From: Squalus acanthias
Lineage: Eukaryota
Direction of reading: 5' to 3'
Length of the DNA stretch: 64,000 nucleotides
Assembly: GCA_030390025.1 (NCBI GenBank)
Contig: CM059431.1
Location: 128,776,001 to 128,840,000, forward strand
Under the pieces are notes generated by a model. It saw only the letters and a list, made by a program, of their open reading frames with translations, was not told the DNA's origin and searched no databases. Positions 12,429 through 21,496 of the stretch are shown here, piece after piece (the stretch's first letter is position 1; each line of letters starts with the position of its first letter). A program made the translations under genes and the position numbers.

Positions 12429-14228
12429 ATGGCGACCACGAAGGGACATTGGCAGCGAGAGAGTAATGTTTTAGACCCTGGTGTGAATAGGCGAAATGTG
12501 ATGGATGAGAGGGTAGCCGACTATGTGTTTGGGAAGGTCAACTTGACCAAAAGGTGGATAAGTGACCTACTGATGGATAAGCGTCCGCTAGACGCAGCCA
12601 TCAAATGGACAGACAGCAAAGAGCATAAGAAGTCAGTAGAGAAAGCGGTCTGGCTGATGTGCTACAAGAAGCAAGTCCAACTTTCGGACCAGGTCATTGT
12701 AGCACAGGCAGCTCAGATCAGGGATTTGGAAGTTGAGATGGAGGAAAAGGTCACGGGAGGACAGAAACTCATCGCATTCTTGAGCGCGTTACATCAGGAA
12801 CGCCAGATAGTAGCCAACCACCATGAGGCTAAAATAGATTACCTAGAGTGTCAGGTCACGGAAGCGAAGTTAAACGAGGGTAGGATTAAAGAACGGTGTG
12901 CCCGCCTAGCTAACCAGATAAGAGCCCAAGAAGAAAGCTTGAAGGGAGTTAGGGCGGCATATAAGATGGCCCTCGAAGATAAGCATGAGGGAGTCGACCA
13001 CAGTGTTTGCCAGAAGGAGATAGGGAACCTAAGAGAGGCCCTGAATAAGGCAAACGGCATGGTGTGCCTAATCAGCCCGTCAGCTCAACAGCCACAGGTG
13101 GGTAGGGAATTCCCAAAATCCCTACCAGACAAAGCAGAGGAGGTATTTGCCACTGCACCCTCCGCGCCACCCAGCTATTCGGCAACCTGGGTAAGGGAGG
13201 AAGTGGTGGAAATAGAAGAGGAGGTCCCTGAGGTAGGACAATCCCCAGAGGTAGTGTCGAAGCCGGGACCGTTGTGTCCGCTGACAGGTCACAAGAGGGG
13301 CCCGAACGGAGCCAATGGGGAGAACGGGGATGTCCTGAACCAGCTTGTGTTGCCTCACAGCTCACACCAGCTGAGAGCAATGATTAGTCATGTACGGAAG
13401 CTGTCTGAGTCAGACGACCCTTCCGTACACTTCAGGGAGGTAGAACAGACCGCAGCAATTAATGGCTGCGACGATGCGGAAAAGACTAAAATGTTGCTGT
13501 TCTCGTTAGATAGCTCGATCCTTCAGTGTCTCTCAGACGAGAGCAAGAGGGGAAATAATACCTATGAGGAGTTAAGGGACGAGGTCCTAGAAGTGTTGGG
13601 GGCGGATGACGAAGGTCCGTTCGTTAGATTGGGTCAGACAGTTGAGATGGAGGGAGAACCCCCGAAGGTTTTCGCCGACAGGCTGTGGCCAGTATACCAG
13701 CGTAGCTGCCCAGGTGCGCCAGCGCGCCACCACCTGGACGGTGCTGGTTTAACTCATTGGCTCAGGTGTTTAGTAGCCAACAGTTTGCCAGCCGTCAGGG
13801 AGCAGGCCAAAGCGTGGTTTGATCCCACTAACCCCGCCACAACAGAGGAGTCGGTCCTAAATCGACTCACCATAGGGTATCGGAACACTAGGAGCACGGG
13901 AGCGCGTCCCCTTAAGGGAAAGGTGCATGAGGCACGGCCCGCAGCCCCGGCTCAAAAGGAGTGGCATCAGGAGGGAAACCGCGCCCCACAGGCCAGTGGT
14001 GCTTGTTACGGGTGCGGAAAGATAGGTCACTGGTATAAAAACTGCAGGAATCCCTGGAAGGATTCCAGGGAAAAAGCTCCCGCAGTCCGAACCCAAGCGC
14101 CTGTCTCTGAGAAAGGAGCTGGTGTGCCTATCCATCCCGATGCGATAGAATCAATGTTAGGAGCCATGCGGTCTCTTATGATTTCGCACGGGGAGGTAGC
14201 AACAGCCCCATACAACCCAGACTTCTGA
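12429..14228 (+). CDS. gag: Gag-like polyprotein: long coiled coil, PSAP-like motif, capsid-like region, CCHC zinc knuckle
   Basis: Uninterrupted 599-aa ORF right after the PBS (true start may be ATG 12501); CYGCGKIGHWYKNC knuckle; PSAPPSY late-domain-like motif. Confidence 0.88.
   Translation: MATTKGHWQRESNVLDPGVNRRNVMDERVADYVFGKVNLTKRWISDLLMDKRPLDAAIKWTDSKEHKKSVEKAVWLMCYKKQVQLSDQVIVAQAAQIRDLEVEMEEKVTGGQKLIAFLSALHQERQIVANHHEAKIDYLECQVTEAKLNEGRIKERCARLANQIRAQEESLKGVRAAYKMALEDKHEGVDHSVCQKEIGNLREALNKANGMVCLISPSAQQPQVGREFPKSLPDKAEEVFATAPSAPPSYSATWVREEVVEIEEEVPEVGQSPEVVSKPGPLCPLTGHKRGPNGANGENGDVLNQLVLPHSSHQLRAMISHVRKLSESDDPSVHFREVEQTAAINGCDDAEKTKMLLFSLDSSILQCLSDESKRGNNTYEELRDEVLEVLGADDEGPFVRLGQTVEMEGEPPKVFADRLWPVYQRSCPGAPARHHLDGAGLTHWLRCLVANSLPAVREQAKAWFDPTNPATTEESVLNRLTIGYRNTRSTGARPLKGKVHEARPAAPAQKEWHQEGNRAPQASGACYGCGKIGHWYKNCRNPWKDSREKAPAVRTQAPVSEKGAGVPIHPDAIESMLGAMRSLMISHGEVATAPYNPDF
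12430..12447 (+). other. Primer binding site complementary to tRNA-Arg 3' end
   Basis: TGGCGACCACGAAGGGAC is the reverse complement of ...GTCCCTTCGTGGTCG-CCA (vertebrate tRNA-Arg(TCG)-type 3' end, from recall); lies 5 nt downstream of the LTR. Confidence 0.85.
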
Positions 14229-15307
14229 CTGGAACCGGTGCAGCCTGCCTACCTGTGTCCCCTTGAAAGACGCGCACAGGAGGGGGTCTCCTGTAAGGAG
14301 GCCAGGTTAAAAGAGCAGGCCTTACGGGAGGAGAACGCCCGTTTAATGGGGAAAGTAGACGGGCTGGAATGGCAGCTTAGAGACATAAAAGCAGCCTACA
14401 GGGTAGCCAGGAGCAGGGAGTATGAGGATTTAAAACAAAATAGAAATCTGCAGCCTCCAGCAGGCGAGATTTCACAGAATGCACAAGCAGGGGCGGTGGC
14501 CTGTCTTAGGGGAGGGGCCAGCCCTGCGAGTGGGGACTCTCAGCCCCAAGCAGGACAGCAGGGCACACAAACCGGTAAAGCAGCCTGCTTGAGGGGAGAG
14601 GACATTCTAGGAAAGTGTAAATCTTTTCTTGGGGTTGGGATTCCGATGAGGAAGAGCTCGAGGAGCTCGACCAAGATAGTGACCCGATCGGAGAGGTGCT
14701 GAGATCGGAGGACGAAAGGTTCGTCCTCGACTCAAGCTTAGGGGAGATAGGGATTGCGAGTGGAGATCCACACAGGGTGGAATCAGAAACTGCAGGTCCC
14801 GAGCCCAGGGGGGCAGAGCTAGGGGAGACGGAGCCAGCGGCTGTGGTAGGACCACAGGTCGTGACGGTGGAAGTCTCGGAACCCGGTCCGTCAGCCTTGG
14901 AAGCCTTGCCCTTGGGGGAGGTAGGGATTGCGAGTGGAGGACCACATACTGGGCCAAGTAGGGTGGTACCAGAAACTGCAAATCCCGAGTTCAGGGAGGT
15001 GGAGCCAGGGGAGACGGAGCCAGCGGCTGTGGTGGGACCACAGGCCGCAACGGTGGAAGTCTCGGTACCCGGTCCGTCGGCCCTGGAAATCTTGCCCAAT
15101 GTAGCCCTCCGTAGGTCAAGTCGGACACCCCAGCCCAGGAAGTCATGGTCAAGTCCCCCGTACACCCCCAGGCGTAAGTTCAAGGTCAAGGCAGCCCAGG
15201 GAGATCCCAGTCCCAGCGCAGCAGCGACAGGCTGCGGCAGATCAAAGGAAGGGGTCAGTGCCCTCCCACCGTTGGGAAAAGCTTGTGGCAGCCTTCGCAG
15301 AATTTAG
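14229..15307 (+). pseudogene. Unknown ORF in pol position: Gag-like coiled coil, acidic tandem repeat and basic tail (probable single frameshift near 14630)
   Basis: In frame with gag after TGA. EARLKEQALREENARL..IKAAYRVA resembles Gag EAKLNEGRIKERCARL..VRAAYKMA. No PR, RT, RNase H or IN motifs. Confidence 0.55.
14738..15097 (+). repeat. Two-copy tandem duplication (about 175-185 bp unit)
   Basis: LGE.GIASG.PH...ETA.PE.R..E.GETEPAAVVGPQ..TVEVS.PGPSALE.LP occurs twice. Confidence 0.9.
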
Positions 15308-15592
15308 GTAGGCCACCCTGGGAAAGGGCGGCGCTGTACAGTTTATAAGTTTAGGATAAGGATAAGTTTATAAGTTTAAGTTATAGTTTTATAAGTTTGG
15401 TAAGATTGTAGTTTAATTTTAAAAGTAAGTGGTAAAATGATGGGAGTCAGAGATAGGAATAGTTAAAGTCTATCCAGCATACATGTCGTTATATGTGAGA
15501 CGAGGTCAAGGGACCCGCTCACCCTTCACAAAAGCCAGAGACTCTTGGGAGGCTGGCTACATCATTTTATCTGATCACAGGAACCACGAAAG

Positions 15593-17944
15593 ATGGAACG
15601 GATTCTGCTAGTGCTCGCAGCGATCGGATATGGATTGGCCTATCGGGGCCTTACCAAGGATGTTGTTGTGTTTGGTTGCTCCGGGGACACGGCCCCCATC
15701 ACGACGGATGGGACCGGGAAGCGAAAGGCTGAGGAGACCGCCACCTATTTCCACAAGGGAAGGTGGCCGGGATGGCTGGGAACGAATTCAACGGAATACT
15801 CTAGTGCATCGGGATTTGCCTACAAAGAGACTTCTTTACTGTGCCCCAGAGTGAGGATCATTGCACCCAGAATCAGCGTCACTGTCGGCAAAAGGATTTG
15901 TTTGACATGCAATGGGAAGGTCCCATTGAGCCGATGGTGGTGGTTACGGAAATTGAGCAAGAATATGAGAAATTCCTCGGTCGAGTGGGAGCGGTTGGGT
16001 AACAATACCCATCGGACAATTACGGGGACTAACTGACAATTGAAAGTCTGTTGGGACAAATGGTGGGAACCGGATGAGGGAATATATGTTTGTATGTGGG
16101 GATCGAAGTACGTTTGCACCAAGGGTATATCCATATTTTTCGTAAACCAGTAGCAGGATAACGGGAAAGGGATGAGGTGGGATGTCAGCACCAGGGGGTG
16201 CGGAGCTCCATACTCCCTGATCCCGGTAAACGCCACTGAACTCATCACGCGCCCACGCAAGGCCCCGCCCACGATTCCGGTGGTTTTGGCTCAGGAGGAA
16301 GGGTGCCCTAAAACCACTAAGGGGCCCGGGAATGGTTTGGTATTGGTCCCAACAGACCAGATACTATTTCAGGGGGTACATTACGCGGTGGCCTCGGTGA
16401 TTTTAAATCTCACCAAGGTGCGGTTGCCAGAGTGGTGCCCCAAAGCAACGGAACAATTGTACCAGGTCCTGTTGACAAACATGTTCAGACAATTCTACGA
16501 GTTTGATTTTGCAGAAATTGACAAGACAAGCTTGTACACCACACCACACGAAGTTTTGGGTCAGGTGCGGAGACAAAGGAGGGGCATTGTGAACGATATG
16601 TTCACCGCCTTTAATATAGGAACATCTGTGGTCAACGCTCTAGACAACGTGGAGCTGCAGACCCAGATCAATGGTTTAAAAACACAATTAAAAAGCATCC
16701 TCACAAGAGAAAACAAGGTAGTAGGGTCTGAGTTACAGGAGGACCAGGCCATGACGCTACACTTAAAGGAAATTATAGCAGAGCTGGAGAAGCATGCGAG
16801 AACGGTAAATGCCCTGATTACGGAAGATCGGAATGCATCCGATCAAGCTGCGCAGAACGAGGTGTGCGTACTATACGGGGCGTGGTTACTGGGCGAGGGC
16901 CGCAGTAATTTGGAGGATTTAAAACAAGGTTTGGTCCCATCCTGGATAAGTAACAAACACCTGCAGGCGCTCCACCCTTTTCAGAACGCATTAAGCCCGT
17001 GCCAGCTCAGGCTAGCCTCAGAGGCATACCCAGTCCCCGTGGACTGCGGACGGTCAAACCATACCATCATGGGTATAGTATTACGTATGCCGGTTTTGGG
17101 CGACACAGCAAAGCCTGCCCCGGTGTATCGGGTAGAGAACATTGGTGTCATTCAGGGGGGAGCCCACATTCGCTACGCAGCGGTCCCACCTTACGTCATC
17201 CGCTGGGAGCAAACGATGACAGGTACCAATCTCTCGGGTTGTCGTGGCCGGGGAGCACACATAATCCTGTGTCCCTGGCACTTGAATGCCTTCTTAACAC
17301 CACAATGTGGGTTCAGAACGGCTGGCGCCAAGCCCATGAATTGCACCATGGAGGCAATGACACAAGATCATGTGCCTCCGCAGGTGGCATACATAGGGGG
17401 TGGAACATATTGCGTTACCACTGCAGCGCAACACTACCAGCATGGAAACCGCAGCCGGTGTCCGGTGAGTGACAGCAGTTTCTGTTTTAAACCCAGGGCT
17501 GAAGTTCAAGTGGCACAGCAGCGAATTGTCCCGATCCCTGAACCATCCACTGTTCATCTAACAGTAAAAGAGAATTTCACCGACTTCCAGCGATTCGTCG
17601 CACATTTCGGATACATCATTCCCCCTCTCCCTGAACACCTCACCAAGCTTTTGAAAGCAGTCGCGGTATCGCAAAAACATTTTTACACCCTAGAACAAAA
17701 GACTGTCGAGATAGGGACAGAAATTCTAGACATAGTAATCCCACCGTGGTGGGACGTGTTCACCAATATTGAAGTGCCTTCATGGATCAGAATAGCCTCC
17801 CACATTTTAGTTGTGTGCCAAGTAATAATTGTAGTGTACCTATTGGTCGTGCACTGCAAGAGAGGCAAGTGCCTCACAAAGCAGGAGAACACAGGAGAGT
17901 GGAGAGAACGTTACGTGCGCGTGCACGAGGAAAGCGCCGCGTAA
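15593..17944 (+). pseudogene. env: Envelope glycoprotein: signal peptide, Ig-like domain, class I F-like fusion protein, TM; two in-frame stops (16034 TGA, 16151 TAG)
   Basis: ORFs 15593 and 16172 share a frame. Signal MERILLVLAAIGYGLA; C..W..DEGIYVC; furin site RRQRR/GIVN; heptad repeat; Cys-rich region; TM ILVVCQVIIVVYLLVV; splice acceptor at 15580. Confidence 0.85.
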
Positions 17945-18355
17945 ACGGCCAGGATGACGCCGCTCCATTTTACCATGTGTGTTCTTGTAATTGAAGATAT
18001 GTAACCAAGTTGGGAACTTTGTATTTTAAAAGAGTTGTTTTTGATTATTTTTAACTTTTGTATTTTTAAAATGGTTGTTTGATTATTTTTTTTCCTTGCA
18101 TAATAAAATACATATACAGGTGGTGCGAGAGGCATCGGCCTCTTGCACCTGGAAGACGTATATGCGATGTAAGTTTAAAAGGCAATACTGCCTACGGTTT
18201 TGTCCAAGTTAGATAATGTAATTTTTCCCTGGGAAATGAGGACGGCATGGAGACCCTAGATAGTTTAAGTTAAGGGAGTGTTTGGATGTGGAGAATCGGG
18301 ATAATTTTGCTCACCACCACTTTTAATTGATACGATAAGCGGAGTTATTCGCATC

Positions 18356-18367
18356 AACAGGAGGGAC
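18356..18367 (+). other. Polypurine tract
   Basis: AACAGGAGGGAC immediately before the TG of the 3' LTR. Confidence 0.75.
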
Positions 18368-19819
18368 TGCAAAATTCGCAATTATCGCGATTCGAAATAA
18401 CGAGACAAAGCAGATTCGTTTCACCAGCTTTATTTGAACGAAATGCTGTCATGATTAAACAGGACACAGAAGCCTGTAAAATGGCCGCCGCGCCTCGTGG
18501 CAGAAGCTTCCAGAATTTTCAGTGTGCAGACAAGATGGTGTTCGAATAAACATTTCAGTATAAGATTGGATAATATGCAGCAAACACTGATAAAGACAGG
18601 ATGCAACCTGTCTGCATTCGACACAATAGCAAAGATATAAGTGCTGGAATCATTTTCCATGCACAAGTAAGGACCATTGTAATGGGCCATCGAAGGCCCA
18701 TCCAGATACATCAATACGCAAATTCCCCACGGCTCTACAATGAGAGAGCCATTCTCGGGTGATTAAGTCAGTATTCGAGGAGGCCCCAAAACCAGTCAGG
18801 GAGACTCCTAGCCTTTTTGACAATGGGGAAAACATTAACGGATAGTTGGCCAGTTTAAGGTGCTACCGAAACCCATTAAAGGAAAGAATCGCCCCATGCT
18901 GGGAGTTTTGTGCACCAGTATTACACAAAGGACAAATATCAAGATTTGAGCGGGAGATAAGGGAACACAGCACTATAACTATAGTGAACAAATGTCCATC
19001 ACTCTCTTGACTGTTTTATCTCGCTGATGACTGCTGAACTTTTATTCTCCTATTCTGATCCTCGGGTATCGCTCTGCTGGACGAGCTGCTTTCTGTTTTT
19101 CTCTGGACTCTGTTGACTATGTTGGGTGGAGCTCGAACGGAACGAGCCGCCTCGACGAAGGCCAGTGACCGGGTGCACCATCCCGAGAGTCGATAAACGG
19201 TGTCTGGACCCGAAGGCCCGAAGAGACGAGACGAGATGAGACGAGAAGAAGAGGAGAAGAATCCACGTACCGCCACGGTCAGTAAACCCCGACCGCGCCC
19301 GAAAATACAAGAAAGAACTGCAGCGAAACGAGCCGAGTGCCTCGTTTAAAATTCTCCGAAGTATCACGAGTGGTGAGCATGTTTCCCGAATCTACAAATC
19401 TAGAGTGTAGGTATTGATAGGGGAGGGTGGTTTTATTAAGGATAAATATAATGTGTTCCCCTTTTTACGATGTGCCGTGCGTTCCTCATTACCCTAGACC
19501 AAGTTTTATGAATGTATGTATACTTGTACTGTCATGAATTTGTGCCTATGACATGTACTTCATGATTTTGGACGTTATGCAATAAAGATTTCCATTTCGT
19601 ACTATTCAACCGGGTCTATTTGAGTTTTTCTCTGCATTACTGCTCTCGCACCTAAGTCCAGTGTTAGAACCGTAAGGGCGAGTGGGTCGAACCACTCACA
19701 GGTGCTTATTGCAACAAGGCTGGCCGGAGACCAGAGCAAGCAATAGCATTAGGCAACGAAGGCCTAACCCCACACCAGCACCGTCTGCGATACAAGCACC
19801 GACGCCCGAACCCCTTACA
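18368..19819 (+). repeat. 3' LTR (1452 bp)
   Basis: TGCAAAATTCG...CCCCTTACA followed by TSD CTGT. Confidence 0.95.
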
Positions 19820-19879
19820 CTGTATTTGTTTCTGACTGTTCATGTTATCGTTTTTCTTTACCTTGGTCTGACCTTATAA

Positions 19880-20340
19880 TCTACTACAATGTAGTAGTTT
19901 TGTAATTTAGTAGTATGTTCTGCAATCTTGATGGGGTTTCATTAAGTAGCTTTTTCAGAATCGTCTTGAGGTGTATGATCACACTCCATCACAAAATTTC
20001 TTGCATGCACATACACATTTTTCACCCAAATACTACAACTGCAAGTTCTTTCTCTGAGCATAACTGCGCTGTGAATGCTTGTGAGGTGTGCACTATAGCT
20101 GTGGATTGTTCCTCCGATAGTAATCCTTGCTCACATCTGAACTGGAATCATCAATGCTAATTGTCGCTGGTTTGATCATATCATTGTATTTCAGCACTGG
20201 CATTCCTATCATGGTCATCAGTTCATTGCAATACTTTGTCTTTTTCAAGTAGCTTTCTTAACAGTTAAGTTTTTTCCATTGAACTTAAGTCCTCCTGTTG
20301 CAAATGTGAGTTCAATGTAAATTGAGCTTCCAGTCCTTTA
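19880..20340 (-). pseudogene. Decayed Gypsy RT-connection/RNase H remnant
   Basis: PVLKY.D..KP.TI..D.S, YAQ.EKEL.VV.FG, ECDH.PL, P.RLQ..LL recoverable across frameshifts. Confidence 0.6.
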
Positions 20341-20356
20341 TCTTTAGCTTTACATT

Positions 20357-21100
20357 GGCCCAGAAATTGATCTCGCTCTGTTCCCGCGGGGGTAAGGCTT
20401 CCCCGCGATCTCTCACTCCACTTGTGCTTTTTCAGATCCAGCTCGCACTAACTTGATGTTCCAGACATCAGCTGGGCAGTGCTTGCGTATCCCACCGGCG
20501 TAGTGAATTCGTGCAAGCTGTGGGATCACGTGACTCAGTTAGAGCCAATGGCAGCACACCATCTTCCATTCATAAGTTTCACATACGTGCTGTGAAATCT
20601 ATGAATCTTACACCCCCCCAAAATAACAGCTAAACCTCAATTAAATTTAAAAAAAAAACCATCACATTAATAAAATAAGTATAGTTAAATAAATTAACCA
20701 TTTTAAATAAAAAATTAAATTTTTGAAAACATTTTAAATCTTTTAAAAAGTTATAAAAATAAACTTACCTGTCTTTAAAGTCTCTAAAAAAGATATAGCT
20801 GTTAAAAAAAATTCAAAAAAATACTTAATTCACTACTTACCTTGTTAAAAGTGGGTCTTACTCCTCCTTTTTCCATTTCTAAAATCTTCCGTACTTACCT
20901 GCGCGTCCAAAGCATGAAGTGCACAGCGTGCGCGCAGCCTGTAGCGCGCACGCGATGCACCGAGGAACCGCCCCCTTTTCAAAAGACCAAGTGCCGGTTT
21001 TCAGCGCATGCGCAGGGCATGCAGAAAACCGGCAATTGGAGAGAGAATACGCGAGAGTACGCAGTGCGTACTCTCGCGTCGCGGGATGAATTTTTGGCCC
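20357..21100. mobile_element. Harbinger-type MITE with AT-rich core (related to 52556-53310)
   Basis: TIRs GGCCCAGAAATT / AATTTTTGGCCC; TSD ATT. Confidence 0.8.
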
Positions 21101-21496
21101 ATTATGTTTTCTTCTTCCAATTGTACTTACAAGTAGCCACAATTTGCATCAGACTGAAGATTTTGGCATTTGATAAAAATAGATGGGGGAGGACGGGGGG
21201 AGATTTTACATGGTATCAGAACTGAGATATAACAGCAGCAACAGGCAGCTATTGCTGAATTTAACCACCAGGCCTCAATTAGGTGCCACTGATCCACTTC
21301 CCAGCTGGAACTGACAGTAAGTGGGCTCAGACCAGCTGCTGGCTGCTGAAGAACAGGTGGCCCTTGGCTGCCAACCGGCACACTGTGGATGCAATGTACT
21401 ATTTGCACTGCAACAAATCACCAAGGCTTCTTCGGTAGCACCTCCCAAAACCGTGACATCCACCACCTAGAAGAACAAGGGCAGCAGGGAATGGGA

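Larger units (their letters stand above)
8596..19819 (+). mobile_element. Full-length env-bearing, pol-less LTR element (endogenous retrovirus-like, lokiretrovirus-like)
   Basis: Two LTRs of about 1.45 kb (TG..CA), TSD CTGT at 8592-8595 and 19820-19823, PBS, gag, env and PPT. Confidence 0.93.

Noticed and set aside
14506..15189. 227-aa antisense ORF
   Set aside because: Shadow of the GC-rich tandem duplication on the plus strand.
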